This document shows, piece after piece, positions 18,318-28,501 of a stretch of DNA of 64,000 nt. The translations under genes and the position numbers were made by a program. The stretch is from the IMG/VR virus record IMGVR_UViG_3300027754_000037. One strand, written 5' to 3'. The stretch is from a virus. Taxonomy: Duplodnaviria > Caudoviricetes. Under the pieces are notes generated by a model, which saw only the letters and a program-made list of their open reading frames with translations, had not been told where the DNA came from and ran no database searches. Position 1 is the stretch's first letter. Each line of letters opens with the position of its first letter.

Positions 18318-19877
18318 ATGGCAATAAACAACAACTGTCCCTTCGACTTAGCGCCTTATACTCAGTCGCAGGTGATCACTACTCCTAATATTTTTAATTT
18401 AAATTATACAAACCAAGACTTCTGGAGTATGAAGACGAGGTTAATTGAATTTATTCAACAAAAATTCAGCACAGATTTTTCTGATTTTGTCGAATCCTCT
18501 CTTGCCATGATGCTGATTGAAAACTGGTCGTTTTTGGCTGATACTTTAAGCTTCAAAATGGATCAGATAGCCAATGAAATTTTTATAGACACAGTTACTG
18601 AAACAGAGAATGCATTTAGATTGGCCAAGTTGGTGGGTTTCAATCCGCAACCGCCAATTGGAGCCCGTGCTATGTTCACGGCAACTCTTAACAATCCTCT
18701 TAGCTACGATGTGGTTGTCCCAAGCCCATTTCAAATTAAATTACCTGCTGCTGGGGCAGTAGCATATATTGAATTATATCAAGCAGATTCAGAGAATAAT
18801 CCCCTATTCGATGAAGATATCATAATTCCATCTGGAAATATTGTTAACGCCAGCGTCATCGGAATAGAAGGCAGAACAAGAACTTTATCTGCTGGTGGAA
18901 CAGGAGCAGTTGGACAAACTTTGCAACTTGGTACTTCACCAGTAATCTTCGATTCAATCAGAGTTTATGTTGATGGCGTTCTGTGGGACCAAGTTGAATA
19001 CTTCACAGACTCACAACCAAGGCGTGAATATAGAATCGAATATGATAGCAATTATGTCGCTTATATAATATTTGGAAATAATAGAACTGGTCTAATTCCA
19101 AGTATTGGAAGTTCAATAGAAGCGGTTTACCGCACGGGTGGTGGTCCTATCGGCAATATAGTCAGCGGTTCAGTCAATTCTCAGACCGTGATAACCGTAC
19201 CCGGATTGCAATATCCTGTTCCAGTCTCATTTAGAAATTACACAAAAGGTGAGTTTGGATTTTCTGGAGATACGATTGATGATATTCGTTTAAAATTACC
19301 TGCTTGGCAAAGAGCTCAGAATCGTGCTGTAACAGGATTGGATTACAAAACACTAACAGATCAATTTGCAACGCCATACCAAGGACAAATTGGCAAATCT
19401 ACGGCTGTTCTTAGGAATTATGGTTGTGCTGGCAATATTGTCGATTTATATATTTTGGCTTTAGATGGGCAAAGCAATCTTCAACTTGCTTCAGACGACC
19501 TTAAGAATAGCTTGCAGGTTTACATCAACGATAAAAAAATGCTGACAGATTTCGTTTGTATTCGTGATGGTCATGTGCTTTCGGTTGACATGGCGCTTGA
19601 TGTTGTACTTGATCGATTATACAGAAAATTTGAAGATGAAATTAGAACAAAGATACAAAGAAGACTGGATACTTATTTTACTATCCAAAATTGGGAATTT
19701 AATGAAAATCTTAAAGATACCGAAATTGCCAAGGTGATTTCAGACATCAAAGAAATAAGCAGACTTGATATTACTTTCACTACAAACGATCCAAACAACG
19801 GCGGTAATTTGGTTACGACGCAATTTTTCGAGATCATAAGACCAGATGTCACTACTATTGGATTCACATACGAATAA
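18318..19877 (+). CDS. Baseplate wedge subunit gp6/baseplate J-like
   Basis: DFWSMKTRLIEFI...DFVESSLAMMLIE; YRTGGGPIGN; QNRAVTGLDYK. Confidence 0.9.
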   Translation: MAINNNCPFDLAPYTQSQVITTPNIFNLNYTNQDFWSMKTRLIEFIQQKFSTDFSDFVESSLAMMLIENWSFLADTLSFKMDQIANEIFIDTVTETENAFRLAKLVGFNPQPPIGARAMFTATLNNPLSYDVVVPSPFQIKLPAAGAVAYIELYQADSENNPLFDEDIIIPSGNIVNASVIGIEGRTRTLSAGGTGAVGQTLQLGTSPVIFDSIRVYVDGVLWDQVEYFTDSQPRREYRIEYDSNYVAYIIFGNNRTGLIPSIGSSIEAVYRTGGGPIGNIVSGSVNSQTVITVPGLQYPVPVSFRNYTKGEFGFSGDTIDDIRLKLPAWQRAQNRAVTGLDYKTLTDQFATPYQGQIGKSTAVLRNYGCAGNIVDLYILALDGQSNLQLASDDLKNSLQVYINDKKMLTDFVCIRDGHVLSVDMALDVVLDRLYRKFEDEIRTKIQRRLDTYFTIQNWEFNENLKDTEIAKVISDIKEISRLDITFTTNDPNNGGNLVTTQFFEIIRPDVTTIGFTYE

Positions 19878-19886
19878 GGAGCATTT

Positions 19887-22800
19887 GTGACACAGGTTTT
19901 TTACAACGAAAATCCAACTATTACTGATTCTGTTGTTCTAAGGTTCTTAACACCGGACAGCAGCGGTTGCTTGCTGCAAATGCCTTACAAAGTTGATAAT
20001 TTAACAATTTACTTTGTTGAAAGGGATTTTAGTTCAGGCAAAACCAGCACATACGATGAAAAAAAATACAATCCTGCAAAATTGGTATTGGCTGAAGCAG
20101 CAGAAGTTGTTGCGTGCAATAGTCCTACATCGGAAAATATTACTAATGCCAAATTAGCCAGAGCTACGGCTGAAGCAAGCGTCACATCAAACAACTTTTA
20201 TTTCAACGATGCTGTTCCAATCAAAATTGTTGGCAACTCGAACTTCCCTGCATGGCTTGGATACAAGATTACCGGTATCACAGCAGCAAATCCTGTCGAA
20301 ATAACCACAGACGATCCTCATAATCTTACAACCGGCGATACAGTTTACTTGTATGCCACCGATTGCATCCCGCCGATTGATGATGCTTATAAAGTTACCG
20401 TGACAGGAGCTAATACATTTGCTATTGATTACGACCTTAGTGGTGGAACAGCAGGTTCTAATGGAGTTTGGATTTCTGCTCAAATCAATAGCGACAATGC
20501 CTTAAAGCCTGTGGTCACGGATAATCAAACGACAATAGGACTATTTGAATATGTTTGGGAACCACTTGGAGCTCGTGAAGGCGATTACTTTGTATGCTGG
20601 ACATGGACTTCCTTAGTAGCTGGCACATCGCTTTCATCGCATTTGAAATTCAGCTTGGGTGGCAACACTCAGGTAACAACCAGCATCCCCACTCACTTTA
20701 CAGACCCAAAGAAATACGACACGCTTCTGGAAAGATACACTCCAGAAATGTTCAAGATGTACATGACTTCGGATGATGTCACGCCATCTGTAATCGATAG
20801 ATTTAATCAATCGATAGCCTTGGGATTCACAACTCTTGAAAATTTGGCAAATCAAATTGTTGACTTGCAAGACGCAAATAGCATTCACGAATCTCTGTTG
20901 CCCTACCTGTCTAATATTTTTAACTTAAAGTTGAAGACTGCCGATCCAACGAGATGGAGAGGGCAAATCAAAAGAGCAATCCCTCAATTCAAAAGAAAAG
21001 GCACCAAAGGTGGTCTTGAGGAAGGCTTAGAACATGCGAGCATGAAGCTTGTAAATATAAGAAGACTTTGGCAAATTAAATCAAAGTATACTTGGCAAGA
21101 ATCCTTTTTATGCACCGGAAGCAAAGAATTTATTCTTGAAAAACAACTGTATGTGTCTCCAGATCCAGACAATATAGAGTTGTATATTAATACTGAGCAT
21201 TTAGTTACATCAATCGAAGTTTATATTCCAGACACCACAAAAACCAAGATTTTTTGTTTCAGTAATCACGGTTTGAATACTGATGATGAAATATACATCT
21301 ATAAATCAAACAGCGTCCCAAAAATTGATGGAGTTTACAAGGTAAATGTTGATTCTAATAGCACTTTCATAATCGATTTTGATTTAAGCACAGGCACAGA
21401 AGGAACATATGCTTTATGGCATCAAACGGTTCTTGATCAAGCTTATCAAGTTTTGACACCATACAGCAGCTATGTAAGTTTCAGCACCGTAGACGGTGTC
21501 ACCACGATGACATGGACTTCAACTAGTACGCCTCTCAGAAACGGTGATATAGTAAGGATATTGTATCAGACCGATGCTGTTCCATCTCCTACGGAACAAC
21601 TTTATGAGATGTATTTAAGAAGCTTGCCTATGATTGATCAAAGAGACGAATCTCAACAAATTTATCCGCTCAAAAACTGGAATGTGCGAGGCTTGTCCGA
21701 AGATGATCCTTTTTTTGACACTTTGATTTCAGTACGACATCCATTTCATGAATTTCTTGTATACGGAAAGATCAGAACTGAATTTCCTTACAGCGAAAAC
21801 ATCTACAACATGGAAGAATACAACGGCAGTATTCGCAACTCTAAAAGCCCTTGTGATATTGACCGACAATTCATTGATCCATGCCAATACTGCATCAGCA
21901 GCAGCTACAATATTGATGTTGAAGTAGACAACATTTGCGACGATAGAATCAATGAATTTTTTGAAGTCATAAAAGAAAACACTCCGTTTCATGCCGTACT
22001 TCACACCGTGAATTTTTACGGTACATTCAATGATTTTATCATGCCTCCTGCTGAAACCATCGAGTGTTATGTGAAAATTAAAGGCTCTGAATTCGCATTG
22101 GCAGGTGAAGGTCAGATGTATTTCAACAGGAACATGAGCCTTAGCAATTTAAATGATTTAAATAACACAGAATGCATTTTCAGAGGCTCGGCAAATCCTT
22201 ATGGGAAGCAATATCTTGTAGATATTGAAGCAAATTTGGTGCTTTCTGGAGCCAGCGGTACAGTCTACAACGATGATATAGTTTTGTACAACAACAAATC
22301 AATGGAAAGAATTAGAATATCGCCTAACGGAAACGGATTCATCAAGGTTTTGGATGGAACTTATTACGGAACATATCAGATTATTTTAATAGATAAACAT
22401 GTTTTAAAGATCGATCCTGTTCCAACAGAACCAATTGAAGACTGCAATGACATTTTCCAAATGAGCGGAGAATTGAATACATGTACTTTTCCGTTCAGAG
22501 TTTTCAACATTGTTATCGATATAAGTCCTTACAGTTCATTGTGTAACATTTTTCAAGATAATTATTTGTCTTTGGCAGATGCAACTCAAGATTGGGGTGT
22601 TCTGGGCGTACAAACCGTGGCTGATGTCGCTAGGGGAACAGCCACAGGAACTTGGACGATTGAGATTACAGGCTACGGCAATCATGATATTCTTGATATT
22701 ACACCACAAGGTGAATTGTTAATTGAATATGGTGGAAGTCTATCATCTTTAGCATCTGGCAATTACAATTACGAACTATACGACGAAAACTCCACTTTGG

Positions 22801-24188
22801 TGATCCCACAAACAGGCACCATAAGTGGAAATTTAACTGTAGTTCTCAGAGCAAAGGTGGAAGTTCTAAACACATCCTTGAAACCCATCAGCAATAACAT
22901 CAGAAATGATAATTTCTATCAAAAAATATCTGGTGTTGAATATAAAATCATTGAAGTTTTAGACACCGATGGCACATATGATTACTTCTGGATCGAAGGA
23001 TACAACGGTGGTGATGTTGCTGGTGCCAATTTAGTTGTATATGAGAGAATTCTTGACAATCAAATCGGCTACATGAGTCATCGTGGTCTAAATCTTGTGT
23101 TACCATCAACTAATGTTGAATATGATAAATACATCCAAAATGGATTTAATCAATATCGATGGGATGGTGATGGTACTCCAAACATGAGTGCCGATCCAAT
23201 TAGGCCAACTGCTAGTACAACTGAGCCATTTTCTTTGAAAGAAAATTTCATTGTGGTTGTAAATGATGGCACGAACCAAGATTCTTACTGGATGGAATCA
23301 ATTAACGGCGATGATGGAGGTGACACGCTAATCACGCTTTCCGGCAATGACCATTACTGGCAAGCATTGACAGCGGGAGGCACAGCAGCAACTGTCAATA
23401 TTTACAGATATGTGCCAAAAGGTGCGGATATCATGGGTCAAGTATTTGACCAGCCAAATCACAGCTTCAACTACATCACTCGATCTGGGAGTCCTAATGT
23501 GACTGCCTATGAAGGCGCTTACTACACATGGAATGCTTCCAATAGAGATCAAATAGAAACTGCTGTTCCTTATTCTCTAAATACTGCAAAAACCTTGGTG
23601 ACAACCAAGAGCCTTCATAGTTTGTCAAACAATAACAAAATCGTAATTTATGATTCCAATCCATCAATTGATGGAGAATTCATTGTTACGGTTGTTGATG
23701 AAAAAAAGTTTCTGATTAATTTTGATATGACAGCCCTGACCACCGTAGAGACAGGGTTTTGGCACTTGGTTCCAAAAAATGGGGGAGCATTCTCTCGACC
23801 AGACATGCCAAATGCCACCAAATTGTTTATGAGTTTCTATGAAACTGGTGGCAGAAATCAATATACAATGCTCACCAACTGGACTACATCGGGATATCTA
23901 CATTTTGTTAACAGTTCTGGCACCGTGGTCTGTGTGATGCAGATCGACAACTCCAAAATTCCTTATGCAAAATACTATGAAATTCCTGTTGTTTTCGTCA
24001 GCGGAGATGACTTAACTGAAGGGCAACAATACAGAGTGTTTTATAACTCTGCAATATTGACTTCTTCTGTTGTCCAGTCTTTGGCAGCAAAAGAACACAA
24101 CGGTCCAGAAGACTTTATAAAACAAAAAGAAGCTATCTCATATAAAATTGACTACATAAATGGTGCAGAAGAAAAAGGAGAACTGTGA
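19887..24188 (+). CDS. Large baseplate wedge protein (gp7/P2 gpI-like) with three FCCH-like beta domains
   Basis: LLPYLSNIFNL...RGQIKRAIPQFKRKGTKGGLE tail-protein-I motif; follows gp6; GTG start. Confidence 0.75.
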   Translation: MTQVFYNENPTITDSVVLRFLTPDSSGCLLQMPYKVDNLTIYFVERDFSSGKTSTYDEKKYNPAKLVLAEAAEVVACNSPTSENITNAKLARATAEASVTSNNFYFNDAVPIKIVGNSNFPAWLGYKITGITAANPVEITTDDPHNLTTGDTVYLYATDCIPPIDDAYKVTVTGANTFAIDYDLSGGTAGSNGVWISAQINSDNALKPVVTDNQTTIGLFEYVWEPLGAREGDYFVCWTWTSLVAGTSLSSHLKFSLGGNTQVTTSIPTHFTDPKKYDTLLERYTPEMFKMYMTSDDVTPSVIDRFNQSIALGFTTLENLANQIVDLQDANSIHESLLPYLSNIFNLKLKTADPTRWRGQIKRAIPQFKRKGTKGGLEEGLEHASMKLVNIRRLWQIKSKYTWQESFLCTGSKEFILEKQLYVSPDPDNIELYINTEHLVTSIEVYIPDTTKTKIFCFSNHGLNTDDEIYIYKSNSVPKIDGVYKVNVDSNSTFIIDFDLSTGTEGTYALWHQTVLDQAYQVLTPYSSYVSFSTVDGVTTMTWTSTSTPLRNGDIVRILYQTDAVPSPTEQLYEMYLRSLPMIDQRDESQQIYPLKNWNVRGLSEDDPFFDTLISVRHPFHEFLVYGKIRTEFPYSENIYNMEEYNGSIRNSKSPCDIDRQFIDPCQYCISSSYNIDVEVDNICDDRINEFFEVIKENTPFHAVLHTVNFYGTFNDFIMPPAETIECYVKIKGSEFALAGEGQMYFNRNMSLSNLNDLNNTECIFRGSANPYGKQYLVDIEANLVLSGASGTVYNDDIVLYNNKSMERIRISPNGNGFIKVLDGTYYGTYQIILIDKHVLKIDPVPTEPIEDCNDIFQMSGELNTCTFPFRVFNIVIDISPYSSLCNIFQDNYLSLADATQDWGVLGVQTVADVARGTATGTWTIEITGYGNHDILDITPQGELLIEYGGSLSSLASGNYNYELYDENSTLVIPQTGTISGNLTVVLRAKVEVLNTSLKPISNNIRNDNFYQKISGVEYKIIEVLDTDGTYDYFWIEGYNGGDVAGANLVVYERILDNQIGYMSHRGLNLVLPSTNVEYDKYIQNGFNQYRWDGDGTPNMSADPIRPTASTTEPFSLKENFIVVVNDGTNQDSYWMESINGDDGGDTLITLSGNDHYWQALTAGGTAATVNIYRYVPKGADIMGQVFDQPNHSFNYITRSGSPNVTAYEGAYYTWNASNRDQIETAVPYSLNTAKTLVTTKSLHSLSNNNKIVIYDSNPSIDGEFIVTVVDEKKFLINFDMTALTTVETGFWHLVPKNGGAFSRPDMPNATKLFMSFYETGGRNQYTMLTNWTTSGYLHFVNSSGTVVCVMQIDNSKIPYAKYYEIPVVFVSGDDLTEGQQYRVFYNSAILTSSVVQSLAAKEHNGPEDFIKQKEAISYKIDYINGAEEKGEL

Positions 24189-24667
24189 TGGAAATGTTTT
24201 CTGGGCTGAAAGCTAGGGGCGATGTTCAAGCCGTGATTGAACATCTTTCTGGTCGTGTTGATGTGATTGAATTTCCCAACACAGTTCTTGGAGATGGACG
24301 CAAGGCTCTGGCTGCGAGTTTGGCTAACAAATTTATTGGCACTTATCCGTACTACATCAGCAGAATGGTGTTTGGAGATGGAGGAACATCGAACGGAAGT
24401 CCTAAATTTATCAGCACAGACAGAATGGCTTTGTATTGTGGGACTCCTGTAGTCAGCAAGCCAGTAGTATCAACAGTCGATCCCAATGTTGCATCGCAAA
24501 TCATTATTACTTCAATTTTGACTGTGAATGACGCTAATGGATATAGCCTAAATGAAATGGCCCTGCAAATGTCAAATGATCAACTTTACAGCATGGTGAC
24601 ATTCCCAGACTTGAACAAGACAAATCAGATGCAAATCACATGGTCATGGAGACTATCATTCGTCTGA
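24185..24667 (+). CDS. Tail-collar/fibre attachment protein (DUF3751-like)
   Basis: GRKALAASLA...ISRMVFGDGG...LNEMAL...TFPDLNKT...WRLSF pattern. Confidence 0.65.
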   Translation: MMEMFSGLKARGDVQAVIEHLSGRVDVIEFPNTVLGDGRKALAASLANKFIGTYPYYISRMVFGDGGTSNGSPKFISTDRMALYCGTPVVSKPVVSTVDPNVASQIIITSILTVNDANGYSLNEMALQMSNDQLYSMVTFPDLNKTNQMQITWSWRLSFV

Positions 24668-24686
24668 TGTAAAATAAGGAGAAAAA

Positions 24687-25571
24687 ATGCCCGATTTAGA
24701 CAAATTACCAGTCCCCCAATATGCAGCGGAACAGCCTTATCATTTCAATTATGATAATCTGCCCCTGAAAACTTTGGCAGAACGGGATATTTTAATTAAC
24801 AACGCCGTTGATAACATGGATTTGATATTGGCAGATGCTGCCGGAAGCACAGCAAGTTTAGCAGACAGGCTTGATGTAACCCTGAATGCAGACGGCACAA
24901 TCAGCACAGTTGTATTTGATGATGCAATGCACAACATTGCAAAGCACGAGGACGGCTACAGCAGCACCGTGGCTGGCGCTGGCACCACCACAGTTGATGG
25001 TACAGAACTTCTTGCATATCAAGGTTTAGGATATCCCTCTCTTACCAATCCTGTCTCTTTTGTTCGTATGTTGGATGTGGAAAGAAATAAACTCACAAAT
25101 ATTCAAGCAGATGCAACCAAGCTCACAGTTGAATTTCCTGACGCAACCGCAGCCATTTTTGGCGACACTAATCCCACTTTGATCGTTAGCGATTCTCCCA
25201 GCATTGCGTGGACTTGGGACGGATCAAGCATCAGCGCAGGAGTGGTTGGTTCTTTCACCAACCCTCACGGGCATTACTACAATTTAGTGCCTTATAATCC
25301 ATCGGTCGATTATCAGACATATTTTACAAATAATGTGTCCACGCCATTTGTGGAAGGTAGTTTAAGAGTTTATGTGAATGGCATCCGTCTTCCTGAATAT
25401 GATTCAATGAATACCATATATGCATATGTTCCTACCTTCTCAGGGGGTTCGCCATCTAGTTGGAGTCAAAATTATTTTACTCCTGATTATACGAGTGGAA
25501 CATTTGACTTATATGTTCCTATTACAAGCAACGATGTGATCGTAATAGATTTTGATATTGATCTGAGCTAA
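24687..25571 (+). CDS. Tail fibre-associated structural protein
   Basis: DNLPLKTLAERD and GSTASLADRLD fibre motifs; C-terminal LRVYVNGIRL. Confidence 0.6.
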   Translation: MPDLDKLPVPQYAAEQPYHFNYDNLPLKTLAERDILINNAVDNMDLILADAAGSTASLADRLDVTLNADGTISTVVFDDAMHNIAKHEDGYSSTVAGAGTTTVDGTELLAYQGLGYPSLTNPVSFVRMLDVERNKLTNIQADATKLTVEFPDATAAIFGDTNPTLIVSDSPSIAWTWDGSSISAGVVGSFTNPHGHYYNLVPYNPSVDYQTYFTNNVSTPFVEGSLRVYVNGIRLPEYDSMNTIYAYVPTFSGGSPSSWSQNYFTPDYTSGTFDLYVPITSNDVIVIDFDIDLS

Positions 25572-25625
25572 AAAATTTAAGTTTTTCTCTGTTATTTGTG
25601 AACCTACAGAAAGACAGGGAAAAAC

Positions 25626-26162
25626 TTGGAAATATATCAAGAAAAAGAAATAAAATACGGATTTGTGATTCTGTGTCCAGATCATTCGATCAGCATGGTA
25701 AAAACCACCGTATTTTCCGTCCAATCAAAATACGAAAATGCTTCCTGCATTTGCGTTGTTGACAATCAAGCGACCAAGGAAGATGTCGCTTTAATTAAGG
25801 AAATTTGCCCTGTTTATAAAGGCGGTTCGACCGTAACCTCCTTAATCAATGTCGGCATGAGACACTCTCCTACTGAATGGGCATTTCTTGTATTTGCAGG
25901 AACAACCGTCAGAAGTAAAATGAACCAAAAATATTCATTTTTCATGAATAGCGAAAAAGATGTCGTATATCCAGTTGCAAACAACAAAAGTAATTTCATC
26001 GATGCTACCTTGAACGGACTCTTGATCAACAAGAAATTTTTCAAGGAAGTTGGAGATCTCCAAGACGAAGGCAGTTTGGAAGAAATCAAATGTGAATGGG
26101 CTTGCAGAGCTATGGCGCATGAATGCAAGTTCAAATCAATTGTTGGCGCAAAACTTTGTTAA
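25626..26162 (+). CDS. Divergent GT-A (family 2-like) fold protein
   Basis: GFVILCPD...ICVVDN...SLINVGMRHSPTEWAFLVFAG; the expected DxD is absent. Confidence 0.45.
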   Translation: MEIYQEKEIKYGFVILCPDHSISMVKTTVFSVQSKYENASCICVVDNQATKEDVALIKEICPVYKGGSTVTSLINVGMRHSPTEWAFLVFAGTTVRSKMNQKYSFFMNSEKDVVYPVANNKSNFIDATLNGLLINKKFFKEVGDLQDEGSLEEIKCEWACRAMAHECKFKSIVGAKLC

Positions 26163-26677
26163 ACATCTCCGTACATGAGACTCCATCTGTCATCGTGGCG
26201 ATGCAGACCTTCGTCAACTTGGGAAAGATACAAATAAAGTTCGTCCCATGAAGCAAACATGTATCGAGTAGGCACAAATCCAAAATACCATAATGGAATA
26301 TATTTGATGTGATTTTTGTTGGTAACCAAGAGAGTAGGCTTTTTGGCGTTATTGCTGTTGATGATTTCATGTACCGTGCCTACAGTTTGCACACCATAGG
26401 GAACATACGCAATTATGAAATCGCAACGGTCTATTATACCTAAATCTTTACGAACAAAACCTTTAGCTACTGCAACCATCTGTTCAATATCATCTTTTTT
26501 TTGAGCATTTCTGATTTTTTCATGAGCATTTTGTTTTAAATCTTTGAATGGATCAAACAAATTTATGTTGAATTTTTCAGTCAAAACCGCAGTCGGACAT
26601 CCACGCCACTTGTCTTCGGTTGCAAACTGTATGGGTCCACTAAGATAAGCTCGCTTGGATGATAGGAATCCTAACAT
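26159..26677 (-). CDS. Nucleoside 2-deoxyribosyltransferase/DNPH1-like protein
   Basis: AYLSGPI, LFDPF, DLGIIDRCDFIIAY, GTVHE with the catalytic Glu. Confidence 0.8.
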   Translation of the reverse strand: MLGFLSSKRAYLSGPIQFATEDKWRGCPTAVLTEKFNINLFDPFKDLKQNAHEKIRNAQKKDDIEQMVAVAKGFVRKDLGIIDRCDFIIAYVPYGVQTVGTVHEIINSNNAKKPTLLVTNKNHIKYIPLWYFGFVPTRYMFASWDELYLYLSQVDEGLHRHDDRWSLMYGDV

Positions 26678-26717
26678 TTATAATTTCCTGTAAACTCATT
26701 TAACAAGGGGAAACAAC

Positions 26718-27425
26718 ATGAATTCAAATGATCAGATTCTAAGCGAAATGAATGAACTTTTGCAACACGAACCAACGCAAAGACACAGCTATTTTCAGCT
26801 TAAATATTTTCTAATTGGCAAAGAGCCAACCATTCAGTCCAAAATGTGGCAATGTCTTCGAGAATTGAAAAATCGCAAAGACTCGCTGCAATCGATGGAT
26901 TTGGAAATCTCTGAAACAAATGATAAACTTTTATTGCTAGATATAAACATACAAAAGTTGGAACACAATATCAAAGAATTTTCGGCCCAGCCAGTCACGA
27001 CGATGAATGAGTTGTCGATGCAAGAATGGAAAATCAATATTCGACAACTTGAAAGGCAAAAAACCGCATACCTAGAATCCTTGAATCAAATTGAAGAAAG
27101 AAAAAAGTGGACCGCTGAAGAGTCAAGGTTCTTCATCGAGACATTTAAAAGCTTGATCAAAATCGAGGACTTGAAGCATTTTGACGACTTCGAGTCGCAA
27201 ATGAATTACTGGAATGAAAAGCTTACTCAGAAAATTAATTTGAAGATGCTGACCAGCGGTCATATCGATTCTGAGTTGATCGAAACTGTGGTTGCTCTGC
27301 CAGAAGAAACTCCCATTAAAAAACAAACTCTTCAAACACTTAATATGAAACAAGCTCAGATATTACAGCAGTTTAAAGAAATGGCGCAAAAAATAGACAA
27401 GAAAGAAAGCCGTGAGGAGAATTGA
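26718..27425 (+). CDS. Coiled-coil hypothetical protein
   Basis: RHSYFQLKYFLIG...MWQCLREL followed by long heptads. Confidence 0.7.
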   Translation: MNSNDQILSEMNELLQHEPTQRHSYFQLKYFLIGKEPTIQSKMWQCLRELKNRKDSLQSMDLEISETNDKLLLLDINIQKLEHNIKEFSAQPVTTMNELSMQEWKINIRQLERQKTAYLESLNQIEERKKWTAEESRFFIETFKSLIKIEDLKHFDDFESQMNYWNEKLTQKINLKMLTSGHIDSELIETVVALPEETPIKKQTLQTLNMKQAQILQQFKEMAQKIDKKESREEN

Positions 27426-28501
27426 TGGCTATTACGAGAATTTCATCGCAAGATGGTGGTTATACTGTTGGGAGTCTATCGGTTTTTCCAAATGCGATTG
27501 ACTCTCGATATCAGCTTTATGAGGCCAAAAATAACGCTGAAACCAAACTTGTTCAAACTCTGACATATTCCGCAAAATATATAGTAGTTGACAACAATGA
27601 CCTTTTCCCGTCAACAGGTATTCTGAGGGTGGGACCTCCTCCGGGGCAACCCGGAGCGGCGGAAATGATTTACTACGAAAGTAAGACAAATGGTGCTTTT
27701 AAAAATCTGATCAGAGCTTTTGCTGGTTCTAGACAGAATTATTGGCCTGTTGGCAGTTTTGTGACAAATAGCGTTTTTGCAGAGCACCATAATTCCTGTA
27801 AAGACGCCATCCTGAACATAGAACAGGATTTGGGGATAGAAGTCTTTCCAACTACAGGATCGCTGAATCAAATTCTCAAAGCTCAAGAAAACAAATTTTT
27901 GGCACCAAGGGCAGTCTTCCGTGCTCAACCCATCAAAGGTCCTCCCGGCACTAAAATACGCTTTCAAAACTTCAGTACAGGACCATTAGTCCGCAACCTC
28001 TGGGATTTTGGCGACGGCACGACATCTGTCGATAGATCGCCTGTGCACACCTATCAAAAAGAAGGAAACTACACAGTCAAATTAAATATCATCAGCACCC
28101 TTGGAGCTCAAGGCATTGCAGAGAAAGCTGGATACATAACAATCAACGAATCTGAAAGACAGCCGTTTTTTTATGTTTTGCCAACCACCGACACGATCAT
28201 ACCCGGATATTCTCTCAAATATGCAACCGAAACTCTTGGAGATCCTGATCTTGCCACAACATTTACATACATGGACCAAACCGATGGCAATATCGTTCAA
28301 CGATTCTGGGTATTCGACGGTGCTGGCAAACATAATGGCGAACAGGTAGAGGGCAATTCAATTACCGAATATGATCCGAATATTCACATGACGACCTATG
28401 TTTATGACAAACCGGGAGAATACAGGCCTTCTCTTCTGACTTTGTTCGAGAATCAAAAACTACAAAGAGCCTTCCTAACAGACAAAATCGTGGTGATATA
28501 A
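27422..28501 (+). CDS. PKD-domain virion/fibre protein (paralog 1)
   Basis: AEHHN..DAI..IE motif; PKD pattern PRAVF...FQNFSTG...WDFGDG...HTYQKEGNYTVKL. Confidence 0.8.
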   Translation: MMAITRISSQDGGYTVGSLSVFPNAIDSRYQLYEAKNNAETKLVQTLTYSAKYIVVDNNDLFPSTGILRVGPPPGQPGAAEMIYYESKTNGAFKNLIRAFAGSRQNYWPVGSFVTNSVFAEHHNSCKDAILNIEQDLGIEVFPTTGSLNQILKAQENKFLAPRAVFRAQPIKGPPGTKIRFQNFSTGPLVRNLWDFGDGTTSVDRSPVHTYQKEGNYTVKLNIISTLGAQGIAEKAGYITINESERQPFFYVLPTTDTIIPGYSLKYATETLGDPDLATTFTYMDQTDGNIVQRFWVFDGAGKHNGEQVEGNSITEYDPNIHMTTYVYDKPGEYRPSLLTLFENQKLQRAFLTDKIVVI

